A stretch of DNA of 64,000 nt from the NCBI GenBank assembly GCA_045648505.1, contig JAZROD010000056.1, positions 4,865 through 68,864 on the forward strand, read 5' to 3'. Below the pieces are notes generated by a model, which saw only the letters and a list, made by a program, of their open reading frames with translations, was not told the origin of the DNA and did not search any database. This stretch comes from Clostridia bacterium (GTDB taxonomy: Bacteria > Bacillota > Clostridia > RGIG6154). This document shows positions 36,245 through 45,461 of this stretch, piece by piece. Position 1 is the first letter of the stretch. Every line of letters begins with the position of its first letter. Position numbers and translations under genes: made by a program.

Positions 36245-36700
36245 GTGTGAAACCAGTTTGTCTTTATCATAATTCAGAGTTATTTCAAAATCCTTTTCGC
36301 CATTGTTTAAAGCCTTTAAAAAGATTTTGTCACCTTCCCATAAGGGAAGGGTTGTTATTTTATCTTTGTCAACCCACTCAAGTATACCTTCATCACATTC
36401 TTTGATTGTGCCATTAAAGTCTGTGCAAGTGAAAAGATACATCTTTTCAGATGGGTAAATGCTTGAGTGAAAATTAACGATTCCTCTTAAACAAGGATTT
36501 ATAAGAATAAGTCCTGTTTCTTCAAGGGTTTCTCTTATAACACAGGCAAGGGGAGTTTCGCCACACTCAAGCTTTCCTCCTATGCCAATCCATTTATCCT
36601 TGTTTATATCATTTTCTTTTTTGATGCGATGAAGCATTAAGTATTTATTATCTTTTTCTATGTAGCAAAGTGTAGTTTCAAGCATATCAGTATTTTTCAT
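36224..36700 (-). CDS. NUDIX hydrolase (MutT-like)
   Basis: Nudix box GGKLECGETPLACVIRETLEETGL matches Gx5Ex7REUxEExGU. 158 aa. Overlaps the 3' end of the upstream GH31 gene by 14 nt (same strand). Confidence 0.8.
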   Translation of the reverse strand: MKNTDMLETTLCYIEKDNKYLMLHRIKKENDINKDKWIGIGGKLECGETPLACVIRETLEETGLILINPCLRGIVNFHSSIYPSEKMYLFTCTDFNGTIKECDEGILEWVDKDKITTLPLWEGDKIFLKALNNGEKDFEITLNYDKDKLVSHKKEWLK

Positions 36701-38390
36701 AAACAGGTATATTTTCAGTATTTACAGTAAACCAACCTGAGGAAACAGGTTCTTTTGTCCAGTGGTCTCTGAATCTTCCTTCAGGAAGATAAACTTTTCT
36801 TTCATCAGATTTTTCAGTAAGGGGTGCAACAATTAAATTGTCACAGAAAATGTACTGGTCGTCTATCTTATAGGTTTCTTTATCGTCTGTGTAGTCCATA
36901 ACAAGAGCACGAACAGGTGGGATGCCTGTTTCCTTGTATTTTTCAAATGCTTTTTTAAGCATAGGAACAAGAGTTTTTCTTATTTTAAGAAGTTCTCTTA
37001 TTTCATCTTCGCAATCGTGGTCAACCCAAGGGTATTTTTCGCAGTACCAGGCGTTAATCAAGCACTGAACAGAGAAAACTGTAGTCTGCAGTCTTCGTAT
37101 AAGGTCTTTTTTGTTTTTGGCATTTCTAACCTCAGGTGTCCATAAAAGACCTGAGAAACCCGAATTTACAGTTCCCCTTATAAAATCCTTATGGTCATAT
37201 AGGTCACTGTATAAAACGAAAGGATAGCTTGATGCTAAAGCCCCTGCACATCTTACCTCTGAAAGGGTAGGCTTATCTCCAAGTGCCTTTAAAATTGTCT
37301 GCATATAAAGAGTACCGAACAAACTGTGGTAAAGCTCGCCGTCCATTCCTGACGGGAACTGTGTGCAGTTTGGGAAACTCCAGGAATGAACAAAATCGGA
37401 GTTGTCACATTCGTCAAGTTTAAAACCATCTATGCCAAGGTCAATAAGTTCCTTTTTGTGATGATTTGCAAAAATGTCTTTAGCTTCTTCAAATGAAAAG
37501 TCGGGAATAAGACCTTTCCATACCTCATAATCACCTGAAAGCTGTTTTAAAGGCTTATATATAGGTGAACAGGAGTTAACAAAAGCGTGCTCCCATAAAT
37601 TGATGTGATAGCCTTTGTCAAGAACATACTTAACGGTTTCTTTGTAGTTTGGGAATCTTTCAGGGTCAAAAACATAGGAGCAGGAATATGAGCTTGACTG
37701 CCAGCCCGGCTCAAGACCTATAATATCAACAGGAATATCTTTTTCTATGAAATAATCTGCAGTCTTTTTAATGTCTTCTTCTGTGTTTTTTGCATAGGCT
37801 CTGTATAACACGCCAAGTCCCCACTCAGGAACATCGCATCCACCGCCTGATAACATATTGTACTGAGCCACAACATCTGTAATGTTTTCGCCTTCGATTA
37901 TGTAAATATCAATGCCTTTTGAAACGGGAATTTCAACAGACATAATTGTGTCCTCTTTAAGACCTGATTTGTTGTATAAATCTTCTGCAGTTGCAATAAT
38001 TGTGTTGTTGGCAACCGGAGGTCTTTCTTTAATATGACTGTATCCGCAATGAAATTCTGCGTATCTTGCAGTATCAAAATAAATGCCGTAGTTTTCTGTT
38101 GTAACAAAGAAAGGAACAGGTGCGTGTGAGTCTCCTGTGTTTGAAACAGGGTCAGAATTAACCCTGATAGTTTTCTTTGTGTTTTTATGGTTAAAGCCTT
38201 TAAGTTGAAGACCAAAACCAAAAACCTCTTCACCAAACTTCAAAGGAAGTTCAATAACACAACCTCTTGAAGTTTCCTTAAAAGAAATTTTAGATGTATC
38301 ATATTTAATATCTGTTTCCTGATAGTTAAAACCTTTGCAGTAACGGGATGGAATATGTTGCTCGGGTGTTCCGAATGTAAGTCTTTTCAT
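36687..38390 (-). CDS. Glycoside hydrolase family 31 protein (alpha-glucosidase/alpha-xylosidase-like), intracellular
   Basis: N-terminal beta-sandwich (FGFGLQLKGFNHKNTKKTIRVNSDP). TIM-barrel region with DGFKLDECDN (compare K-T-D-F-G-E catalytic region of YicI-type GH31). C-terminal LIVAPLTEKSDERKVYLPEG-F-DHWT matches the GH31 distal beta-sandwich motif. A putative promoter TTGACT-17-TAAACT sits upstream on the minus strand. Confidence 0.7.
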   Translation of the reverse strand: MKRLTFGTPEQHIPSRYCKGFNYQETDIKYDTSKISFKETSRGCVIELPLKFGEEVFGFGLQLKGFNHKNTKKTIRVNSDPVSNTGDSHAPVPFFVTTENYGIYFDTARYAEFHCGYSHIKERPPVANNTIIATAEDLYNKSGLKEDTIMSVEIPVSKGIDIYIIEGENITDVVAQYNMLSGGGCDVPEWGLGVLYRAYAKNTEEDIKKTADYFIEKDIPVDIIGLEPGWQSSSYSCSYVFDPERFPNYKETVKYVLDKGYHINLWEHAFVNSCSPIYKPLKQLSGDYEVWKGLIPDFSFEEAKDIFANHHKKELIDLGIDGFKLDECDNSDFVHSWSFPNCTQFPSGMDGELYHSLFGTLYMQTILKALGDKPTLSEVRCAGALASSYPFVLYSDLYDHKDFIRGTVNSGFSGLLWTPEVRNAKNKKDLIRRLQTTVFSVQCLINAWYCEKYPWVDHDCEDEIRELLKIRKTLVPMLKKAFEKYKETGIPPVRALVMDYTDDKETYKIDDQYIFCDNLIVAPLTEKSDERKVYLPEGRFRDHWTKEPVSSGWFTVNTENIPVYEKY

Positions 38391-38437
38391 AATCTGCCTC
38401 CTTTTTCGTCAGTTTAACATAGTTTAAAGATTAAGTC

Positions 38438-38465
38438 AATAAAAAAGGACACCGAAGTGTCCTTT
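38438..38465 (-). terminator. Intrinsic terminator after the AlaDH-like gene (minus strand)
   Basis: AAAGGACAC-cgaa-GTGTCCTTT perfect stem followed by a T-run on the minus strand. Confidence 0.55.
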
Positions 38466-38468
38466 AAA

Positions 38469-39635
38469 TTACTTTTTGTAGAAATTGTTTGATTTTGTTA
38501 CAGTTGCAGGTGGAGCATAGTCAAGCTGCTTGTCTGCAATACCTAAAATATCTTCAGGCTTAATCCAAGGTTTGTTCTGGATTGCACTTGTTTCTTCGTG
38601 TGTTAAGTAACCTTTATATGTTGTAAGACTTCTTCTGTAGAAACCGTCTTTTTCACAAGTTTTTTCAATACCATCGTTAAGAATGCTTAAAATCATTGGG
38701 AGCATTTCAGATGCATAAGCAATAGATGTTGAGTTTGCGACTGCACCAGGAATGTTTGATACGCAGTAGTGAACAACACCATTAACAACATATCTTGGGT
38801 CATCGTGATGTGTTTCGTGGCTAGATTCGATAGCACCAGGTTCGTCGTTTGAAATATCAACTAAAACTGAACCAGGTTCCATAGTTTTGAGCATTTCTTT
38901 GTCGATTAAGAAATCTTTTCTTTCTTTAGGCCATTTAACTGCATTGATAACCATATCGATACCAGGAAGGATATCTGCAATAGCTTCTTTACTGCAGAGC
39001 ATTGTGTTGATGTGGCCGTTGTATCTTGTAAGAAGTGTACGAAGAAGACCAACATTGATATCCATAACTGTGCAGTTTGCACCAAGACCGAAAAGAATTT
39101 CAAGAGCACCCTGACCAACAACGCCGCCACCAAGGATAAGTACATTCATTCTTGGAGCACCTGCAAATCCGCCAACGAATTTACCTTTTCCACCGTTGAT
39201 TGTGAGCATAGATTCAAGACCAAAAAGTGCGCCCTGTTTACCTGCAGCTTCGCAGTTAGGTGAGCCCCATCTGTGAGCATCTTCAGCAGTGAAAGAAATA
39301 CATTTGCTCTTTAAGAGTGCATCAACTTCTTCAGGATGACCTGCAGGGTGGATACAACCGAGTAAAATCTGGTTTTCTCTCATAAGAGGATATTCAACAG
39401 GGAAGAATTCTTTAACTTTTGCAACCATATCGCATTTTGCATAAATTTCTTCCATTGTGTCTACGATTTCAGCACCTGCTTCAACATACTTTTCATCAGG
39501 GAAACCTGCAGCTTTACCGCAATCGTGCTGAGCTAAAACTTTGTGACCTGAAGCAACAATTGTTTTTACTTCGTTTGGAGTACAGATAACTCTGTATTCA
39601 CCTTCTTTAATGTCTTTTAAAACACCAAATACCAT
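38469..39635 (-). CDS. Alanine dehydrogenase/PNT-family NAD(P)-dependent oxidoreductase (AlaDH or N5-(carboxyethyl)ornithine synthase-like)
   Basis: Collinear with AlaDH. N-terminus MVFGVLKDIKEGEYRVICTPNEVKTIVASGHKVLAQ...AGAEIV and Rossmann motif VLILGGGVVGQGA...GANCTVMDIN. It is clearly diverged from canonical Ald. Confidence 0.7.
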   Translation of the reverse strand: MVFGVLKDIKEGEYRVICTPNEVKTIVASGHKVLAQHDCGKAAGFPDEKYVEAGAEIVDTMEEIYAKCDMVAKVKEFFPVEYPLMRENQILLGCIHPAGHPEEVDALLKSKCISFTAEDAHRWGSPNCEAAGKQGALFGLESMLTINGGKGKFVGGFAGAPRMNVLILGGGVVGQGALEILFGLGANCTVMDINVGLLRTLLTRYNGHINTMLCSKEAIADILPGIDMVINAVKWPKERKDFLIDKEMLKTMEPGSVLVDISNDEPGAIESSHETHHDDPRYVVNGVVHYCVSNIPGAVANSTSIAYASEMLPMILSILNDGIEKTCEKDGFYRRSLTTYKGYLTHEETSAIQNKPWIKPEDILGIADKQLDYAPPATVTKSNNFYKK

Positions 39636-39656
39636 AACAATTCTCCTTTATTTAAT

Positions 39657-40592
39657 TTAATTTGATTTGATTGTATCTATAAATTTTTTTATAGCGTTTG
39701 TGGTATATCTGTTTTTCTTTTTGATAAGATAAACAGTTCTTGTTCCAGAACCTTTTACATCATACAACAAAACATCATCTTTTACAAGCTTATTTTTAAA
39801 AATTGTGTCAGTTACAAAGCTGATTCCGTTTCCTGCGGCAGTCAAAGCATAGGATGTTGCCAGTAAATCCAGGCTGAAACATACCTTGGGCGAAATGTTG
39901 TTTGCTTCAAAAAGTGACACTGCCTTCGTGTGCATATTGTTTCCGTTTTTAAGCAGGATGAAGTTTTCATCCTTGAAATTATCCAGAGAAACAGATTTAA
40001 CAGAAGAAAAATCTGTTGCGTTTGAATATATCTCTTCAGGGGTTAATGCGTATTGACTGATTTTATCGTTGCATTTAAGGGATGTGGGAACCGCCAGAAG
40101 GATTTTTTCTTCTGCAAGGGGGATATACTCGCAGTTTTTCTTTTCAGTATCCTTTGTATCTATAATAAGGTCTATTTCTTCATCGTTGAGCAATCTGTCA
40201 AGATTTGATGCACTGGCATCGGTTAAAGTTATATCAATGTTTGGATAAAGTGCAGCGAACTTTTTTAAAATATCAGGCATAAGATAGTAGGAAAAGAAGA
40301 TTGAACAACCGATGTTTATATTTCCGCTGTCCAGCATATTTATATCTGAAACTTTAGCTGTAAAATGCTTTTCAATGTCCATAATTTTTTCTGCAGCCTG
40401 AATATATTCATAGCCAACCTTTGTAGGCCTGACGGATGAATGCTTTCTTTCAAATAAAGGTGCACCAACCTGTTTTTCAATTCTTTTTATTGAAGCACTT
40501 AAATAAGGCTGTGAAACAAAAAGCTTTTCTGCAGCCTTGGTAAAGCTCTGTTCTTTATAGACTGCATATACATAATCAATTTTACTAAACAT
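39657..40592 (-). CDS. LysR family transcriptional regulator
   Basis: Start chosen at ATG 40592 (MFSKIDYVYAV...) with AAAGAGGTGG RBS. HTH QSFTKAAEKLFVSQPYLSASIKRIEKQVGAPLFER. LysR substrate-binding fold follows. The annotated longer ORF start overlaps the upstream gene and lacks an RBS. Confidence 0.8.
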   Translation of the reverse strand: MFSKIDYVYAVYKEQSFTKAAEKLFVSQPYLSASIKRIEKQVGAPLFERKHSSVRPTKVGYEYIQAAEKIMDIEKHFTAKVSDINMLDSGNINIGCSIFFSYYLMPDILKKFAALYPNIDITLTDASASNLDRLLNDEEIDLIIDTKDTEKKNCEYIPLAEEKILLAVPTSLKCNDKISQYALTPEEIYSNATDFSSVKSVSLDNFKDENFILLKNGNNMHTKAVSLFEANNISPKVCFSLDLLATSYALTAAGNGISFVTDTIFKNKLVKDDVLLYDVKGSGTRTVYLIKKKNRYTTNAIKKFIDTIKSN

Positions 40593-41463
40593 CAGCCACC
40601 TCTTTAAAACCTTCTCCGTGGACTTCACGAACATCGGATATTATAGTGAATGCAGTTGGGTCAAGTTCTTTAACCGTGTTCAGTACAACGGGAATTTCTT
40701 TGCTTTTCACAATGCACATAAGCATTGTCTTATCTGTTTTATTGTAGAAACCTTTGCTGTATATACCTGTTACGCCTCGTTTCATATTGTTCATAATAAT
40801 ATCTGCAATCTCCTGAGGCTTGCTTGAAATAATGTAAATCGCCTTTGCAAAGTCACCGCGTACTAAAATGAAGTCTGTAACCTTTGTGCTTATGTAAAGG
40901 GACATTGCAGAATAAAACATAAGAGAAATGTCACCAATCGCAAGTCCGGAAGCAGTGATAACAGTCATATCAATTGCAAGAATAAAAGATGCCACGCCAA
41001 TATGAGGTATGATTTTGTGAAGCATAATTGCCGCAAAGTCTGAACCGCCTGTTGAAGCATCAACCAAAACTGTAAGTCCAACGCCAAGACCAACTAAAAT
41101 TCCGCCAAAAACAGTTGAAATAAGAATATCATTACCAAAATCTATGCCTATGCTGTGCAGATAAATGGTCATCGGGTCGGTTATAGCAAGAAAACCTGAA
41201 AGCATAAAAATGCCAACTACAGTTTTAAGAATTGCAGATTTTCTTAATGTTTTAAATCCGAAACCAAATAAAATAAGATTGATAATAAGGGTTGATATTG
41301 GTTTTGGGATTTTGAGAAGAGTTTCCAATGTGATTGCCACACCGCTTACACCGCCGGTTGAAATATTGAACGGAGCGTGGAAATAACTTATTGCAAAAGC
41401 AAGTATAAAAGAACCCACTGCCGCATATAAGTAATCTGTTATAATCTTTTTTGCTTTATTCAT
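40585..41463 (-). CDS. YitT/DUF161-DUF2179 family membrane protein
   Basis: N-terminus KIITDYLYAAVGSFILAFAISYFHAPFNISTGGVSGVAI is the YitT signature. Multiple TM segments plus a C-terminal DUF2179-like soluble domain. Confidence 0.8.
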   Translation of the reverse strand: MNKAKKIITDYLYAAVGSFILAFAISYFHAPFNISTGGVSGVAITLETLLKIPKPISTLIINLILFGFGFKTLRKSAILKTVVGIFMLSGFLAITDPMTIYLHSIGIDFGNDILISTVFGGILVGLGVGLTVLVDASTGGSDFAAIMLHKIIPHIGVASFILAIDMTVITASGLAIGDISLMFYSAMSLYISTKVTDFILVRGDFAKAIYIISSKPQEIADIIMNNMKRGVTGIYSKGFYNKTDKTMLMCIVKSKEIPVVLNTVKELDPTAFTIISDVREVHGEGFKEVADV

Positions 41464-41581
41464 ATTTACATCCTTGAAATTTTTTAAAAAATATTCTATA
41501 ATTAATTATAATAGCGTAAAATGTTGACAAAGTCTTGCCAAAAGTGAACTTTTTAGTGTCAAAAATTGACGAGGTGTAAAG

Positions 41582-42373
41582 ATGCAACCAAGATTTTATA
41601 TTGAAAGAGAGAAAGAACAGGATATATTCTATAAGGAATATGTTAACGGAACGGGTTATTTTGGATTTCATTCGCCTATAGAGCTTTATTTTGTAGATGA
41701 TGGAGAAATGGAAGTCGTTATCAATAATCATAAAAAGGTGCTGACGAAAAATCAGATGTCAGTTGCCCTTAGCTTTGATGCTCACACCTATAAAACGGTG
41801 AAACCTTCCAAATCAAGTGTGCTTATTATTCCTACATATATGTGTGAGGAATTTGTTGCAGAGTTGAAACACAAAAGAAGCTTAAGTCCTTATATCTGTG
41901 ATGGGAAAGTAGTAAGAAAAATAAAAAGTCTTGTAAAAGAATTAAATAAAGGAGGTGTAAATAGTATTGAGAAAAAGGGGTATATATATTTAATTCTTGG
42001 AATGGTTATGAACAATCTTCGTTTTGAAGAAACAAAAGAAACAATAGATGCCGATTTTTCAACAAATCTTCTTATGTATATAAACAATAATTTTACTAAA
42101 AATATGAGTCTTGCATCAATATCCATAACCTTTGGTTATAATAAAAGCTATATTTCAAGATACTTTAAAAGGTGCTTTGGTATCGGACTCAGTAACTATA
42201 TTACAATGGTCAGACTTAAAAATGCTCTTATGCTTATGCATGAAGGGAAGAACACATTAACATATTGTGCATTGGAAAGCGGATTTAATTCAGTAAGAAC
42301 TTTTTACAGAGCTTTTGCAGAAGAATTCAATTGCACTCCGAAGGAGTACATAACAAAAATGCAACATAAGTAA
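41582..42373 (+). CDS. AraC family transcriptional regulator (N-terminal cupin sensor plus C-terminal double HTH)
   Basis: The C-terminal 100 aa (FTKNMSLASISITFGYNKSYISRYFKRCFGIGLSNYITMVRLKNALMLM...GFNSVRTFYRAFAEEFNCTPKEY) match the AraC HTH signature. Confidence 0.8.
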   Translation: MQPRFYIEREKEQDIFYKEYVNGTGYFGFHSPIELYFVDDGEMEVVINNHKKVLTKNQMSVALSFDAHTYKTVKPSKSSVLIIPTYMCEEFVAELKHKRSLSPYICDGKVVRKIKSLVKELNKGGVNSIEKKGYIYLILGMVMNNLRFEETKETIDADFSTNLLMYINNNFTKNMSLASISITFGYNKSYISRYFKRCFGIGLSNYITMVRLKNALMLMHEGKNTLTYCALESGFNSVRTFYRAFAEEFNCTPKEYITKMQHK

Positions 42374-42418
42374 AAAAACAGAAGAATCTCACATTTGTGA
42401 GATTCTTCTGTTTTTTTA
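42372..42418. terminator. Bidirectional terminator between the convergent araC-like (+) and fkp-like (-) genes
   Basis: 15-bp perfect stem CAGAAGAATCTCACA-ttt-TGTGAGATTCTTCTG flanked by an A7 run and a T7 run. Confidence 0.65.
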
Positions 42419-42425
42419 TTAATAT

Positions 42426-45275
42426 TTAAAATAAGAATTCAGATTCCCAGACATCCACACCGCTGTCCTGGAAAACAGACTTTAAGCGTTCGGAAAGCAT
42501 TTCTTTTGTTACTCCTTTTTTAAGAATAACCTGTAAGAAACCACCACCGCCTGCACCTGCAATAAATTTACCGTCAATCATATCCTCAATAGAGATAAAT
42601 ATCTGTTCAATACAGGTGTTTGTGCAACCACTGTCAAGAAGCTTTGATAATTCCCAATGTTCGGTAAGAAGCTTTGCAAAAGCATCAATATGACCTTTTT
42701 CAAGCTCAAATCTGATTAAGAAAGCAAGTCTTTGGATTTTGTCGAGAACTTCAACAGTTACTTCATCGTAAGAAAGATATTTGGAAACAACCTGTCTTAA
42801 AAGATTTCTTGCAAGTCGTCTTTGACCTGTGTAAATAAGAGCAAATCTTTCGTTAAGTTCGTTCTTTGTATCTTCGGAGATTTCAATGTGTGCAACATTT
42901 ATGTTTTGAGTAAGTCCCGGAGTTGTTGTTATAAATTTAACGCCGTCTGTAAAACCGCCAATCTGGTCCTGCCAACCACCGCCTGTGGACATTAACTGTT
43001 CAACACACATAACCTTTTCATAATATTCGCTGTTGTCAGCATTAACGCCAAGAAATTTGTAAATACCTTTTACGCAAGTTGCGGCAAGAATACTGCTTGT
43101 ACCAAGTCCGCTTCCTCTCGGAACATTTAAAACTTCTGTTTCAAGTGAAAAACCGCCACCAAGCTTGTTTAAGATTTCTTCCAATGGGATTTTATCTGTT
43201 TTTGGAATTACACCGCAGGCAATAAGTGCAGCCTTGTGAAGTGCAAATGGGTCATAAGGATTTGAACAGTTCTGCAGTTCTTCTGTTGAAGTGAATTCAA
43301 ATCTTGCGTTGTTTGCATCCACACTTGCAAGTTCTATGCAAGGTTTGTCAAGCTTTTTGAGTCTTGCAAAAATAGGCTTGTTGCCTTTAAGCGAAATTGC
43401 GGCATTGATAACAGTTCCGCCATTTTCGTTGCAGTAAGGAGGTGTATCAGACCAACCACCGCCGAAGTTTACTCTCACAGGAAGATTTGCAATGATTTCA
43501 TTGTGTGCAATCTTTAGTGCAGGATTATATTTGATTCCTGATACAGAGCCTGACATAATGCTTTTCTGAATTGTTTCAAAGCACATGTTGTAATATTTTT
43601 CGTGTTCTTTAGTTAAAAGTGAGAGATAGTAGTATATTCTTGATTTTATATGAAAATCAGCTTTCTTTGCATAAGAAAGTAAATATTTAATCTGTTTTTT
43701 GCTTAATGATTTATTGTGGAAGTTTGAAAGAACAACATGGTGAGGTGCTTTTGCTTTTAAATCAGAAATAAAGTTCTGTGAAGCAATGTCTTCCTGAAGT
43801 TGTTTTTCATATTCCATTATGAACTTTGTGTCTGCCATAATATAGCTTTCGGCAAGGCTTGTAAGCTCGCCTTCTTTGTTGTTATAGGAATCTTCAATAG
43901 TATCGCAGACAGGGAACAACTTTGCATTCCAGAAATCGTCAACTTTAGGATTTGTGTCTGTCTTATATTTTCTTACAACAAATTTTCCGTTGTTTAGTTT
44001 AAGACCGTGAAGAACGGTGTAGTCTTCAACAACGGCATCTTTAAGCATCATATTTGATATAACACAGTTTTTACCTATTTTTGTGTTTCCTAAAATATAA
44101 CTGTCTTCAATGTATGAAGTTTCATCAATTTCTGCGTCGTCAGAAATAAAACTGTTACTTGCTGCACATTTTATTTTCGGATTCTTTGTAGATGCAATCT
44201 GATTGTTCCAATCTAAAAATTCATAGGAAGAAATTTCTTCGGTCATAAGCTTTAAGAGTTCTCTTGTTGTGCCGAAATGAATAAATTGGGCAGGTGAAAG
44301 GCTTATCATATAAAGGGAATACTTGTTTAAAGTTTCCCAGATTAAAGTTCTGCATTCTTTTAATTCTTCGGTAAAATCACCTTCAGGTGTTTCTTTATAG
44401 TATTGCTCTAAAGTTGAGTTCTTTGCAAGAGGGTAAAGAAAATCTGCATAAAAGCTGATTCTTGATTTTTCATTTACAAACTTATCAAATTTTTCTTTTG
44501 TATCAATAAGAGAATATAAATCCTCTGTCATCTTACTGCTCATTAAAATTGCGCCGGTGTCAAGGTCAACATTTTCCTGTTCGTTAACAGCACCGTGCTT
44601 TTTAAGCTCTTCAACAGAACATTTATGAAGGAAGTCGCTGACAAAACCATCCTTGTCTGTTGCAAAGACACCGTGGTTTTTACCTGTCTGAACATTTTCC
44701 TTTATAGAAATAGCTGCAGCACCGTCTGAATGATAATCTATCTGCAGAGAGTTGAAAAGCAGTAAAACATCGCCGGAGAGAACAAGCATACCATCTTTGA
44801 TTCTTGATGGAATATCACTTGTTGCAATAATAAATTCATCAAAGAGTGTTGAGCGTCTGCCGTCAGGCAAAAGTCTCGGAACAGGGGAGAATAATTTACC
44901 GCATGCAGAATACTGGGGAACTCTTTTGGAATCCCCGCCTGAATGGATAACTAAAATTCTTTTGTTTTTAAAACTTTTTCCGTCTGAAACTTCCTTGATA
45001 TAATTAAGTACATTAAAAGTAGCACCACCTGAGCCGACGCGTTTGCCGTCAGGGTCAGGAAGTACGGCGTAATGTGTAGATGTGGGAAGAAAACCATTTT
45101 TAAGACGGTCCTTAATTCTGTCTTCATAAGTTTTTGCCTGCGCTTCGTTGGATGCGGTTAAGATTATGTAATCCCATCTTATGAAATTCTTTTTGTTTAA
45201 GCTTTGTTTGTAGCTGTGCCATGAATCAATGTAACTCTGGCTTAAAAACAATGCTTTCAGTTTCTGTGAATTCAT
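42426..45275 (-). CDS. fkp: Bifunctional L-fucokinase/fucose-1-phosphate guanylyltransferase (Fkp-like, GDP-L-fucose salvage)
   Basis: Start chosen at ATG 45275 (MNSQKLKALF) with AGGAG RBS. N-terminal GDP-fucose pyrophosphorylase-like domain. C-terminal GHMP kinase with VNFGGGWSDTPPY and PRGSGLGTSSILAATCV motifs. About 950 aa, as for Bacteroides Fkp. Confidence 0.7.
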   Translation of the reverse strand: MNSQKLKALFLSQSYIDSWHSYKQSLNKKNFIRWDYIILTASNEAQAKTYEDRIKDRLKNGFLPTSTHYAVLPDPDGKRVGSGGATFNVLNYIKEVSDGKSFKNKRILVIHSGGDSKRVPQYSACGKLFSPVPRLLPDGRRSTLFDEFIIATSDIPSRIKDGMLVLSGDVLLLFNSLQIDYHSDGAAAISIKENVQTGKNHGVFATDKDGFVSDFLHKCSVEELKKHGAVNEQENVDLDTGAILMSSKMTEDLYSLIDTKEKFDKFVNEKSRISFYADFLYPLAKNSTLEQYYKETPEGDFTEELKECRTLIWETLNKYSLYMISLSPAQFIHFGTTRELLKLMTEEISSYEFLDWNNQIASTKNPKIKCAASNSFISDDAEIDETSYIEDSYILGNTKIGKNCVISNMMLKDAVVEDYTVLHGLKLNNGKFVVRKYKTDTNPKVDDFWNAKLFPVCDTIEDSYNNKEGELTSLAESYIMADTKFIMEYEKQLQEDIASQNFISDLKAKAPHHVVLSNFHNKSLSKKQIKYLLSYAKKADFHIKSRIYYYLSLLTKEHEKYYNMCFETIQKSIMSGSVSGIKYNPALKIAHNEIIANLPVRVNFGGGWSDTPPYCNENGGTVINAAISLKGNKPIFARLKKLDKPCIELASVDANNARFEFTSTEELQNCSNPYDPFALHKAALIACGVIPKTDKIPLEEILNKLGGGFSLETEVLNVPRGSGLGTSSILAATCVKGIYKFLGVNADNSEYYEKVMCVEQLMSTGGGWQDQIGGFTDGVKFITTTPGLTQNINVAHIEISEDTKNELNERFALIYTGQRRLARNLLRQVVSKYLSYDEVTVEVLDKIQRLAFLIRFELEKGHIDAFAKLLTEHWELSKLLDSGCTNTCIEQIFISIEDMIDGKFIAGAGGGGFLQVILKKGVTKEMLSERLKSVFQDSGVDVWESEFLF

Positions 45276-45350
45276 TATATACACTCCTATTGTAATATAC
45301 TTGTCTGTAATTATATAATAAAAAAAATATAATGTCAATGAAGAAAAAGT

Positions 45351-45379
45351 TTGACTTTGCTATAAGTAAGATATATAAT
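45351..45379 (+). promoter_or_regulatory. Near-consensus sigma-A promoter upstream of the queT leader
   Basis: TTGACT - 17 nt - TATAAT. The predicted transcription start is about 45386, right at the first hairpin of the leader. Confidence 0.5.
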
Positions 45380-45385
45380 AAATTC

Positions 45386-45455
45386 CAGTGAGTTCGAGAC
45401 CTTCCTCACTTAGCAGTTGAGTAACTCAACTGCTTAAATCAAAACTAAAGGAGAA
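45386..45455 (+). promoter_or_regulatory. Candidate preQ1-class riboswitch (preQ1-I-like hairpin with a 12-nt loop plus A-rich/CUAA tail; possibly the preQ1-III type) controlling queT
   Basis: Hairpin AGUGAG-UUCGAGACCUUC-CUCACU (compare B. subtilis preQ1-I AGAGG-UUCUAGCUACAC-CCUCU). A second hairpin GCAGUUGAG-uaa-CUCAACUGC follows. Then tail UUAAAUCAAAACUAAAGGAG, which resembles the preQ1-I AAAAAACUAAGGAG tail carrying the RBS. The downstream gene is a QueT-type transporter, the usual preQ1 regulon member. Confidence 0.4.
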
Positions 45456-45461
45456 ATAAAA

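Noticed and set aside
45385-45413. tRNA-like GTTCGAGAC (T-loop-like) sequence
   Set aside because: No acceptor, D or anticodon arms can be built around it. It fits better as the loop of the preQ1-like leader hairpin.
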